Of a DNA stretch of 64,000 bases, positions 28,885 through 41,396 are shown one piece after another. Every line of letters starts with the position of its first letter. Position 1 is the first letter of the stretch. The DNA is taken from assembly GCA_965112735.1 (NCBI GenBank), contig OZ218954.1, positions 930,001 through 994,000 on the forward strand, given 5' to 3'. Position numbers and translations under genes: made by a program. The stretch is from Phaeosaccion multiseriatum (taxonomy: Eukaryota > Protista > Ochrophyta, other classes). Under the pieces are notes generated by a model, which was not told the origin of the DNA, made no database searches, and worked only from the letters and a program-made list of their open reading frames with translations.

Positions 28885-31721
28885 ATGATGCAGGCTTCTC
28901 CGCAGCGGTCCTTCCACAGTGTTCACGTTGGGCTGGGACCCTGCTTTACGTCGAAGCAAATAGAGATATGGACAAAGGCGCTCTCCAAGCAGGGTGCGCG
29001 GGTCGTCGAAATCTTGCCCTTGTCTTCAAGCGGGCGGGGGGCGCTGGGGAAGAAGCGGCAACGGGATGGAAGCACCGGAAGTATCAGTAGCGGTGGAAGC
29101 AGCAGCAGTAGCATCAACAGCAGCAGCAACAGCAGCATGTTTGGAAAGCGTGCGGCAAGGACGAACCTGAGTGATTTAATTAGGAAGGGCAGAGGTAGAC
29201 CAGAGGTGCGAAATACGAAACCAGCGCCAGCGGGGGCCTCTCCCACACACTCCCCTCGCGGTACCACTGCCTCGATCCCCAGCCAAGACTTGTTCAAAAG
29301 CCTCACACACATTGCCGTGAGCGAGGCTTGGCTGGGCAAGGGCGAGAAGTTCATTCTGAGTCAACTGGGGCTGGAGGGCCCTCCCTCCGCCGCCTCTTCC
29401 GCTGCTGCACCCTGCGGCGTGTCCATCACCGCCCAGATTGTGAGCGAACTTTGGCTCATTGGCTGCCTGAAGGAGAGGAGAGTCTTGCCAGAGGTTCCGT
29501 ATACTGAAGTCAAGGAGAAGGAAGGTGTTGTCGTTGGCGTCATCGTCAAGGATAAGGAAGGCGGCCAAACTGAAGCCCTTGCTGGGCAGGGCGATCCAAC
29601 CCTGGGTGCAAGAGTACAAGGGGTGCAGGGAGGAAGGGGGAGGGGAGAAGCATCAGCCCATCAGGCCGTACCACCCTCACCGCCAGGCGAGGCAGTTGGT
29701 GATACCGCAGCGGCACCACCATTGGCAGGCGCCGCAGCAGCAGCAGCAGCAATGGCAAAGGACACACGATGGAGAGCTGGAGATTGGAAGAAGCCAGCCG
29801 GTAGCAGTGGCGACGAGGGAGATGAGGGAGATGAAGGTGTCGATGTCAGTGACACGGAGTGCGAGTGCGAGTACAGTAGCGACGAGGGAGAGGAAGGAGG
29901 TGGAGCTATCGCTGCAAGCGACACTGAGTGGGAGTACGGTAGCGACGAAGGCGGAGACAGAGACTGCGGCAGATCGATCGGTGCGGTGTTTCACCCTTGC
30001 GAGCACGCGTGTCCTCAGCGCTCTGCGACCGACCCAGGGCCGAACGGGCCTTACGTCCAGGCAAGAGACATGGGGTAGAGAGAGAGGGACACAGACGGAG
30101 AGAGGACGCAGGGGGACGGAGGGGAAGGGAGAGAGAGAGGGGGGGGGGGGGGGTCTCACTGTTGTCTTAGGTGATAGAAGCTCAATATGGTGAGGCACCG
30201 CCACTCTGTCCCTCCTCCTCCTCCTCCTCCCCTTCCTCGGACACACTATTTCAGTCTGCTAAAGTGAAGTTGAAACTGAAACCTGCCCGTATGATGACAG
30301 ATGCTTGACGAGGTCCGAGCGCTCTACGGTCTGGCAGGCAGTGACAAGGAGGAGGGTCTCTCGTTTGCCATCCTCGCCAGCGTGTTGAAGGCCATGTCCG
30401 AAAAGCTCGAGCGGGTGGAGCAACTCAGTCACATCAAATGTGAGGAAGAGAGGGGAGGGGACGAGAGGGGAGGGAGGACAAGGAGGGAGGGACACCTGCA
30501 TGTGCCCTTCTGGTGTAGTGAGCTTCGCCCCTTCACCCCAGTCCTCCAAACCCCATCCACTGCTGTCGCTGATGCTTCAGCTGAAACTGTGTGGTTGGTC
30601 CATCCTGCTCCTCCTCCCCCCCCCCCTCCTCTTCCTTCTCCTCCCTCGCCTCCTCCTCCCTCTCCTCCTTCACCTCCTTCCTTATCCTTCTCCAGTGGGG
30701 GACTCACAGATCCGGGCTTTGAAGGAGATGATCAACACGGGAAGGCTGCGGCGCCTCGAAGTGCTCCGGAGAGATGCTACCCTCATGTGCTTGAAGGAGC
30801 TGAGGACCGTGCTGGGAGTAGGTGTGTGTGTGTATGTGTGTGTGTGTGTGGGCGTGTGGGTGGGGTGCGAATGCAGCAGCTACTACCCCCTCGTTCGGCT
30901 GTGAAGTATACGCTCTCGATGCGTGACGGGGGGAAACATGGTCCGCGTGAGTTTTTTTTCTCTCTCTCTCTCTCTCTTCTCTCTCTATCTGTCTCCTTCT
31001 CCCTTTTATCTCACTCTCTTCCTCTCTCTCTCTCCCTCCATCTCCCTTTTTCTCTCTCTCTCTCTTTCATACGCACACACTCTATTTATCTAACACACAC
31101 ACACGCTGTACTCTGTCGTTCCCACACAACCCCGACTAAGGGCAAGCCACGGCGCGTGAATGGTGTAGCTTGGGTATCCGATCCGTGGCCGAGGCCCAAT
31201 CGCGCTGGGAGACCGGCACCCTACCCCCCTCCAACTCCACACTGAGCAAGCAGCAGGAGGTGGGTGGGGTTGACAATTGAAAATCAAACCGATCCTCTGG
31301 CTTGACAAACTGAAACTCAAACTGATCCTCACCCTGACCCTGACCTTGATCCTGTCACTGACTCATTTACTCTCTCAATGCGTTCACGCTCTCACGCACG
31401 CATGCACTAACTCACTTACACACTCACTCGCTCAATCACTCGCTCACTCCCTTCCCTTGCATCGCCAACTGCTGACCCTGTGTCACCAACTGTTGGGCCT
31501 GTATCACCAACTGCTGACCCTGTCTGTGATCCTCTAGGCCGGCCTCAAGTACCGCACAGACCTCGAGCAGCCCATTCCCCGGGCCACGGTGGAGGTGCGT
31601 TGGCGAACACATGGGCCTGGATGTATCACCAACTACTGTTGCTGCTGTATCACCAACTCCTGCTGCAGATGCTTACCTCCCTCCCTCCCTCCCTCCCTCC
31701 CTCCCTCCCCCTTCCCTAACG

Positions 31722-31752
<31 letters not shown>

Positions 31753-32982
31753 CTTGTACTTCAACTTCAACAGGCCATGGGGGACGAAGTGCGCAAATGG
31801 GCAGAGAGCGCAGCCAAGGCCTGTCGCGGCGATGTGAAGAGCATGAAGCTGCAGCTCGCGGGCGGGTACCGCAGGGGGAAGGAGGAGAGCCATGACGTGG
31901 ATGTGTTAATAAGGTATAGGGAAATAGGAGGGAGGGAGGGAGGGAGGGAGGGAAGGAGGGGGGAGAGGGAGGGAACGCGGGGAGGAGGTACAACCCCCCC
32001 CCCCCACCTCACCCACTCACTCACTCACCCACACCACCCCTTTGTTGACTTCTCAGTCTCGCAAGCAAGGGCAAGGATGGCAAGAAGGCTTCGATGCACA
32101 AACAGCTTGGAAAGGTTGAAGAGAGAGAGAGGGGGGGGGGGGAGGGGGGAGGTGAGAGAAGAGAGAGTTTGTGAGCGTGAGAGAGAGGGGGGGGGAGAGA
32201 GGGAGGGGGAGATAGACGGGAGGGTACGATAACGACAGCGGTTTCACGTATGGACGGTTACGGCGGTTACGGTTAGTCACCCCCTTTTCTCTTTCGCGCC
32301 CTCCGTGTGTCTGTTTGCCCCTTGCCATGACACCCATAACATCTACAACATCGCAATAGTATCCGTAACGTCCACAATATCGCAATGACGTCGCAATCAC
32401 AGGGCATTCTTAAGCGCCTTCCTGTCGAGAGCTGCGTCTTCGTCAGTGGGAACTTCTTCATCAACAACCGCGGCCCCACAGTCAACAAACGCAACTTTGT
32501 GTGCGGTACTGACGTGCTGCGGGAGCGTGACAACTTCACCATCATGGCCATTGTGCCGTTTGGAGGTGAGGGAGAGAGGCAGAGGGAAGGAGGGGGAGGG
32601 AGGGAGGGAGAGAGGAGGGAGGGAGAGAGGAGGGGAGGCAGGAAAGGACGGAGAGAGGGAGAGAGGGAGAGGGGAGGCAGGAAAGGACGGAGAGAGGGAG
32701 CGAGGGAGAGGGGAGACTGGTCTTCACCGTTCTGTGGGTCTTTCCGAGTGTGTGTGTGTGTGTGTGTGTGTGTGTCCGTGCGTGTGTTTGCGTGCATGCG
32801 TGTGCGGTTCTCCCTCTCTTATCTCCTTGCCCACAGGGCATATCCCCTTCCACTCCTTTCCCATTGTTGCCCATTGCATCTGCATCCCTTCTCTCACACA
32901 CTCCTCCACCCCGTATATCCACCCTCCGTGGCGTGCCGTCCTCCCTTGTCATTCCTCCTCCTCTTCTTCCTCCTCCTCTTCC

Positions 32983-33014
<32 letters not shown>

Positions 33015-33921
33015 TTCCCCTTCCCCTTCCTCTTCCTCTTCCTCTTCCTCCTCCTCTTCTTCTTCCTCCTCCTCCTCCTCTTCCTCTTCCTCTTCCTCTT
33101 CCTCTTCTTCTTCGTCTTCCTTTTCCTCCTCCTCTTCCTATTCCTCTTCCTCTTCCTCTTCCTCTTCCTCTTCCTCCTCCTCTTCCTCTTCCTCTTCCTC
33201 TTCCTCTCCCCCTTCTTCTTCCTCTTCCTCTTCCTCCTCCTCTTCCTCTTCCTCCTCCTCTTCCTCTTCCTCCTCCTCTTCCTCTTCCTCCCCCTCCTCC
33301 TCCTCCTCCTCCTCCTCCTCCTCTCCCCCTTCCCCATCTACCCCAATGCCCTACAAATGGCACAACGCTCACAATACAGGTGTCATGCGGAGATTGGATA
33401 TTATCATCGTGCCCCCACGCAACTGGGTGCCAATGCTGCTCAACTGGACAGGTATTGAAACTGTCTTTAGTAACCCACTCTCTCACTAACCGACCCATCC
33501 ACTCACTCACTAACTCATCCACCCACTCACTTAATCGCCCACTCATTGACTCACTCGCTCCCTCACTCACATACTCACCCACTCACTCACTCACACTCAC
33601 CCACTCACCCACTCACCCACTCACCCACTCACCCACTCACTCACTCAACCACTGACTCACTCACTCACTCTCTCACGCACTGCAATACTGCTCAACTGGG
33701 CAGGAAACGCGTACTTCAACCGCTCTATCCGTCGCTACGCCAAGGACAAGTTCGGCATAACCATGGAGGCAGGTGGGATCATCGGACCCGATAACAGGGA
33801 GGGAGGAGGAGGGGGGTCCAGGGAGCTGACCCCTCCAGGCAAGGACTACTTTGAGACGGAAGAGGATGTGTTCGAGCTACTGGGGCTTGACTATCTGCCT
33901 CCGGAGATGCGCTGCTGCTGA
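28885..33921 (+). CDS. Family X DNA polymerase with N-terminal BRCT domain (Pol lambda/mu/TdT-like), ~10 exons
   Basis: BRCT (LTHIAVS..IVSELWLIGCLKERRVLP), 8-kDa/HhH region (EMINTGRLRRLE, TVLGVGQATAREW), GLKYRTDLEQPIPR, catalytic GGYRRGKEESHDVDVLI and RRLDII, LLNWTGNAYFNRSIRRYAK, C-terminal TEEDVFELLGLDYLPPEMR. Start codon uncertain. GC donor at 30061. Confidence 0.9.
32953..33325. repeat. (CTCTTC/CCT)n pure pyrimidine tract in a Pol X intron
   Basis: Direct reading; ~370 bp almost entirely C/T. Confidence 0.95.
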
Positions 33922-34792
33922 CGGGGGAGAAGGTGGAGGAGGAAGAGGAGGAGGAGGAGGAGGAGGAGGAGGAGGAGGAGGAGGAGAAGGAGGAGGAGGA
34001 GGAGGAGGAGGAGGAGGAGGAGGAGGAAGGAGGAGGATGGCAGTGGATGGCAATGGATGGCAGTGGATAACCGCGCGCTTTGTATAGGGGCGTATGTAAG
34101 TACTGTGTATATATCTCACTTCTGCCATCAGCAGTCAGTCAGCAGGGAGCTGTTGATGTAGGCTTCTAGGCAATTGACAAGATGAGCACCCCGCCACCAA
34201 CAGCTTCTCTTTCCTCTCGGCTGTCCCTCTCTCTATCCGTAAACCCATCGACTGCTGCCCATCTAGCTATATGCCCATGCCTATCACTATGACAGAATCC
34301 ATTGAGACACTGCAGCATCCCGATCACAGAGAGAGAGCAAAGCTTGCGAGCCTTGGTGTGGAGGGAGATTGTGATTCTGCAGTAGCTCGAAGTTCTAAGT
34401 GGCCCCTCCATCCATAGTGAAGCCTAAGCCTAACTAGTCTATAGTCTACCGCTCTATTCGCCGAGCTCATTCTCTTGGCTTTCCCCCAAGGGACCCAGCC
34501 TCTCCCCTCTCGTGGGAGGATTTAAATTTAAATGCAGCTTTTGCAGCCCGTCAAACTTTAATGTGTTGGCTATTCGCTGCCAGTTGTGATGCCCTCAACG
34601 CGGCGGGTCGAGGCGGCCGATCAACAAAAAACAAAGCGAAGCAAAGCAAAGCAACACATAGCACATACATATTCGTACATATCCGTAGGCCGCCCTCCAG
34701 GACAAGCACAAGGCACCTTCCTTTAACCCAAACTGCTTCCTTCAAAGAGACCCCTCCTTTGATAGCCTGGGTACTTCCCCGCGCGTGGAGCC

Positions 34793-37700
34793 ATGGTGAA
34801 TTACGACAAGTGGGCTAACTTCCATGATAGCGATGATGAAGAGGAGGAGGCCAAAAGGATTGCCCTGGAGAAGGAGGAGAGGCGGAAGAGGGAGGAGCAT
34901 ACTATAAAGGTCCAGAAGCTTGCAGCGCGCCGGGAGAAGGAAGTGGCGGCGACCAAGGCGCGGCTGCGCAGAGACCAGGAGGACGGCAACAAAAAGCTGA
35001 CTGCAGGTGACGTGCGTAGCTTCTTGCAAGACGCTTCCATGCTAAGGTAAGGGCGGCTGAGACTTGCCTAATACTGTGTGCTTTGGTGAAGGGAGGGAGT
35101 AGTGAGTTGTGCCGGTGCCGCGTAGGCTATCCACAGGTACATCGCAGGGATGAGGGAAGTCGGTGGGAGGGAGTGAGGAGAAGGGAGGCAGGTAGGCAGG
35201 GATGAAGGAAGAGAGGAAGGGAGGGATGGAGCGAGTGAAAGAGTGGAGTGAGTGAGTGAGTTAGTGAGGGCCTGAGTGAGGGACTGAGTGAGAGATTGAG
35301 TGATTTAGTGACAGTGTGTGAGTGAGTGAGTGTGAATGAGTGAGAGAGTGAGTGAGTGAGTGAGTGAGTGAGTGAGGGAGTGAGTGAGTGATTGAGTGGG
35401 TGGCTGAGTGAGTGGATGAGACGCTTCCCCTTCAAGCGCGTGGTGGTGGTGCCGAACTGGAGCTCGCTCACCTGCTCAGGGATGAGATGACGTACGTTCA
35501 GTCAGAGACCACCTCGCTCGCTCGGCGCTTGCGTTACGCTTCGCTCGAGCTCTCGCCTGCAGGCCAGGCAGATATACAGGCATGCAGACACCGTAGGTAC
35601 TGGGGTGACCTTCTCCTTTCCCATCCACTGCCATCCACCCTCAACTTCCCTCCCTCCCTCCCTCCATCCATCCCTCCCTTGTGTGTCCATCGAGCAGACA
35701 TCAGGCCAACGTCCTTTGGGAGCAGGAGCTAGTGGAACAGAGCGCCGCTCCCATCGATCAGATTATCACACAGTTCGAGGCCCTCTTTGGGAGTATGGAA
35801 AAGTTGCACAAACAGGGCGTCGCATCGGAACATCAACTAGTAGAGGTGAGTGAGTGAGTGAGTGGGAGGGTGAGTGAGTGAGTGGGAGGGTGGGCGGGTG
35901 AGTGAGTGAGTGAGTGAGTGAGTGAGTGGGAGGGTGAGTGGGAGGGTGGGTGAGTGAGCGAGTGAGTGAGTGAGTGAGTGAGTGAGTGAGTGAGTGGGTG
36001 AGTGGGTGAGTGAGTGGGTGGGTGGGTGGGTGAGTGAGTGGGTGGGTGGGTGAGTGAGTGAGTGGGTGAGTGAGTGAGTGAATGAGTAAGTGGGTGAGTG
36101 AGTGAGTGAGTGAATGAGTGGGTGGGTGGGTGCGTGGATGGGTGGGTGGTTGGATGAGTGGTGAATGAGTGAGTGAGCGAGTGAGTGAGTGAGTGAGTGA
36201 GTGAGTGAGTGAGTGACTTGGCGGGTGTGTGAGTGAGTGAGTAAGAGTAAAGAACGAAACACATAACATGGTGCCGGCCACTAGTACAAGTAAACAACAA
36301 GCATGTCCCTGCCCCTTTCCTCTGTCCCTCTCCTCCAGGTACACGAAGCGGTGGAGCAAGCATACGTGAGCAAAGCCAAAACACTCGTCCTATTGGCCAG
36401 CACGGCGACCGCCTTGAGTAAGGAGGAGGAAGCTTACAAGCTCGCCAGGAAGATCTGCGATAAGGTTAGGTTCTGAGTGAGTGCTATGAATGTATAACAA
36501 CACTTTACACTAATGGATTGGACAGCACCAATGACAATAACAACGTTGACAATAACCAAGAATGGAGAACAACACTTTACACCAATGCATTGGACAGCAC
36601 CATTGACAATAACATTGTTAACAATAACAACGTTGACAACAACACTTAACCCCCCCCCCCCCACCTTCAGGTCCTGCTGTTAAATCCGGACGCCATGGAG
36701 GCATTAAGGACGCGTGCAGATTGTTCCAGCCGGCTCGGGCTTTATGAGGCAGCCGTGAGTGATCTGAATAAGGTACTTGTCGTCATTGAGAGCGAGTTGC
36801 AGGTTACTCAGCAGCAGCGGCGACAGCGGCAGTTGCAAGGAGGAGGAGAAAGGGGAGCAGGACAAGGGGGGGCGCGGGGGCGGGGGGGGAGGGAAGAACA
36901 AGAAGAAGAGGACGAAGATGACGAGGTGTACGAGGAAAGGTTGGAGTTGTATATGAGAGAGACGCTGGAGATGCTGGCGAAGAACGAGGACAACATGCTC
37001 GTTGCGGAGTACGACAGCGGTGATCCGTTCTTAGCGCTCACACACGGCAGTCGGTACGTCACTATTCAACCCCCTTTGCTTTGGCTTGGCAACCCCCCGT
37101 GTTTTGTTTACACTCCTACATGCACATCACCTACTATCAATGAACCCGCTATCAACACCAGCAACGTACTCACATCAAGCTATACCCCACCCTTCCCAGC
37201 ATTCTCAAGGAGGGAGGAGACGGCAGCGCCCGACGGGCCTTGCTGCTGCTAGAGAAGGCAAGGCAAAAGCTCACCACCACCACCACCACCGTTACCACCA
37301 AGCGTACCACCAACGCTACCACCCTTTCCGCAGAGGAGAAGGAGAAGGAGGAGAAGGCACGCTTGCTGTTGGCCCCTCGCGCGGTGCGGTTAGAGGCAAT
37401 GGCTCTAGTGGTGCTTAGGAGGGAAGAGGAGGCGGTGAACAAGCTGACGAGGGCGGTCAATTGCAGGCATGCTGTCAATAGCAGCAGCAAGGAGAAGGTT
37501 CGCGGGGCGTGGGACAGCGGGGAGCTTGGACTTTGCTACGATGTGAGTGGAGAAGGGAAGGGAAGGAGGGAGGGAGGGAGAGAATAGAGGGAGGGAGGGA
37601 GAGAGACAGCGAGGGATGAGGGAGAAAAGAAAGGAAGGAGGGAGGGAGAGAATAGAGGGAGGGAGGGAGAGAGACAGCGAGGGATGAGGGAGAAAAGAAG

Positions 37701-40700
37701 GGAGAGGGAGGGAATCTTCTTGCCATGCTTCATCTTCTTTCTATATTCATCCATCCATCCCTACGTCGTCTTGTGAACCTATGCACAAGGTGAACACGCA
37801 GCGAGTAGCAAGAGTCCCTTACACCCACTGCCATCCACTGCCATCCACTGCCCGCCCTCCTCCTCCTCCTCCTCCATCCTCTGCCATCCACTACCGCCCC
37901 ACCCCTCCTCCATTCACGGCCATCAACTGCCATCCTATGCCATCCGTAGATGCTCGGGGCCCTCTGGTACAAGAGGGGTGAGATGAAGAGGGCTACGGAC
38001 TACTTTGCAGAGGCAGTTCGTCTGTTGATGCACGCCGAGGAGGAGGGGAGGAGATCCACGGAGCCTGTGAGTGAGAGGGGGAGGGAGTGAGAGAGAAGAG
38101 GTTGAGTGAGTGGGGGAGGGAGGGAGTGAAAGTGAGAGAGAGAGCGAGTGGGTGGTGAGTGAGTGAGTGAGTGAGTGAGTGAGTGAGTGAGTGAGTGAGT
38201 GAGTGAGTGAGTGAGTCACGCAATTGTGAGTGAGTGGGTGTGTGTGTGAGGGGGGGGGGAGGAAGAGACGAGAGATTCATCCCTTGCTCCGCCCATCCTC
38301 GCCATCTGTCTCTCTACCTCTACTCTCTCCACCTCCACCCTCCCTCTCTTCCTCTATACTCTCTCTCTCTCTTTCTGCCTCTAGACATGCGGCGAGAAGG
38401 AGGACTCAACCAGTGCCTCTGACCCCGTGCTGGAGCTCGGCGCAGACGGTTTTGACCTCTCTGCTACCCCACCCCCCCCACCCTCTGGCCGGCAGCAGCC
38501 GTCGCCGCGGCAAGAAGAGCAGCAGCAGTTGGTGATACAAGGAGTCCAAGCGGCGCTGGGCAAGGCGCTGTGTAACCTTGGGATGGGCTTACTTAAGTGT
38601 GACAATCTTGGAGCGGCTGATGAGGCTCTACTTGAGGCACAGGGCTACTTGCAAGCCTCGGTTCACAGGGCAGCGGAGGCAGCAGACAAGGCGGCGGCAG
38701 AGGCAGGGGCAGGAGGCCCAGCAGTTGGTGATACAGCAGCAACAGGGACTTCTTCGTCTTCGTCTTCGTCTTCTCTGCCTTCTTCTCCCCTGCCTGCTGC
38801 TGCTTCTGCCACTGCGACTTTGGCGGCAGCGCTCAGACAGAAACAGGAGGCGCTCCTTCAGGTTAGCGACGATCCTTTTTTGCCTCTGCCTTTCGTGCTA
38901 TCCTATCCCATATCTGCCCCACCCCTTCCTTTCTTCCTGCCTGCCCGCCTTCCTTTCTTCCTGCCTGCCTGCCTGCCTGCCTGCCTGCATTCCTTCCTTC
39001 CTTCCTTCCTCCCTCCCTCCTATTGTGTCGTGTGTTTGTGTATACACTTACGTTTATTGCCTCTTGGTGGCATATTTTATATTTTCTCCCAGTCGGTTAC
39101 CATTTGTCGCCATTTGTTGCTATCCCTCTCACCCCCCCACCCACCCACCCCGCCCCGCTCAGGCTCTGGACTCTCTCACCGAAGTCTCTGCCCAGCAGCA
39201 GCGCTGGCAGAGAGCAGAGGGGCGGGCGCAAGCGGCCGTAGCACTGGCCAGGACGGTGGGGGACCCTCGCAAGTTGGGAATGGACCTTGTCTCCCTCGGG
39301 CACATTGTCATTGAGACTCAGGTGGGTGGCGTGCGTGCGTGCGTGCGTGCGTGCATGTGTACATGCGTGGGCGTGGCCTTCCCTTCGGGTAGAGGAGGAA
39401 GATATCAAATGGACTACCATCTATCTGTCTCTCTGTCTCCCCTCTCTCTTTTGTTTGTCTCCTTTCTCTCGTATCCGTCCCCCTAACCCTCCCCCTCTTC
39501 TTCCTCTCCCTCACACTTCTCTTGCCTCGTCTCCCCACCCCCCTCCTCCTTCCCCCTGCCCTCCATCTCTCTCCTTCCCCCACCAGGGCCTCCATGAGGG
39601 ATATGAGCACTTCGAAGAGGCCATCTCCGTCCTAAGTCAGGAAGGCGAACAGGAGCAGTTGGTGATACAGCAGCAGGAGGACAACAACCAGGTGTCAGGA
39701 CCGCCGGGTGGTGCTCGCCTCCTCGCTGTGAGGACCCGCCTCAGAGTCGCCAGGCACTATACTCACGCCTACAGCAGTTGGTCGTCCACCAGCAGCAGCA
39801 GCAGAGTCACAGATGTCGATCGGGGAGTCGAGATGGAGGAGTGGCGCAAGAGGGTGAGTACAGATTCAAGCGAGTGTTCAGCTTCAGTTGATTGATTGGT
39901 TGATTGATTGACCTCGATATTCACATGTCTTCGGTACATACGTAGTCCCAGAGCTCATAGACGCACACGAGGCATATACACCCACACACCCACACACACA
40001 CGTGCACACACCCACCCACACTCACACTCACACACACATGCACGCACACGTACACGTACACACAAGGCCTCGAATCACTACCTCGCGGCAGCGGAGACAT
40101 TGGGCAAAGAGCGAGAGGCGCTTCAAAGAGAGCTCGATACAGCATTGGCGACAGCTGCGGATGTAGAGGGTGGAGGGAGGAGAGGGGGGCACAGCAGAGG
40201 AGGACGCATTAGAGGAGCAGGAGCAGCAGCTAGTGGTACCGCAGCAGGGAGGAGGGGGATGGAGCAGCAGCAGTTGGTGATACAGCAACAGTTGGAGGCG
40301 GTGTGGGAGATGGAAATGTCAGCATGGGAGAGCTATGCAATGACGGTGGAGTTAAACGAGCACGAGGAGATTCGAGCGTGGAGGAGAATCATTACTTTGC
40401 AGGTGAAGAGGAGGAGGAGGAGGAGGAGGAGGAGGAGGAGGAGGAGGAGGAGGAGGAGGAGGAGGAGGAGGACGAGGAGGGGGAGGGGGGGGGAAGAGGC
40501 CTTACCACACACTCAAAACAACGGAGGCGTGGCTCTGAGTCTGACGGTGACCCGCTTCTCCCTCCCTTTCTCTTCTTCTTCTCCTCCTCCTCTCCTCCTC
40601 CTCCTCCTCCTCCTCCTCCTCCTCCTCCTCCTCCTCCTCCTCCTCCTCCTCCTCCTCCTCCTCCTCCTCCTTCTCCTCCTCCTCCTCCTCCTCCTCCTCT

Positions 40701-41362
40701 CACAGGACATGAAGCCTCTGGCCTCCAGAGACGATGCATGGCTTAGCAAGAGAGCCGCTGTGCTCCACAAGCTTGCACTGGCATGTGCGCAAGTAGGGGA
40801 CAATGGCACAGCGGAGCAGGTAAGAGCTGCTGCTCCTTGGCGAGGGGTGTGTAAGGAGGATTGTTGCTTTGCTCTTGCGTTGCCTGCTTGGCCTGTCTCT
40901 CCCTGCACTTCCTTCTGCAGAACTGTGCTTGTTCCTTCCTTCCTTCCTTCCGTCCGTCCGTCCGTCCATTGCGCTAGTGTGTGTGTGTGTCTCTCTCTCT
41001 TATACCCCCCCCCGCCCTGGTCCTTGCTGCTTCCCCTGTCCTTGGTCCTTGCTGCTTCCCCCTGTCAAATTCAACATTTTTTTTTTCCTTTCGTCCATTT
41101 GCATTGCATTCAAAGGCGTTAGTGGACGCCATAAATATCCACGGAAGCTTCCACAAGCCCACCCCTGGGCACCAGGTTAGTCAGTCAGCGAGTCAGAGAG
41201 TCAGTCAGTCAGTCAGTCAGTCAGTCAGTGAGTCAGTTAGTGAGCCAGTCAGTCAGTCAGTCAGTCAGTCAGTCAGTCAATCAGTCAGTCAATCAATCAG
41301 TCAGCCAGTGAATCAGTCAATCAATCAATCAGTCAGTCAGTCAGTCAGTCAGGCAGTCGTCA

Positions 41363-41396
<34 letters not shown>

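Noticed and set aside
32446-33655. Several 300+ aa ORFs of poly-S, poly-LF, poly-P and poly-GR
   Set aside because: They are translations of a stop-free intronic microsatellite.
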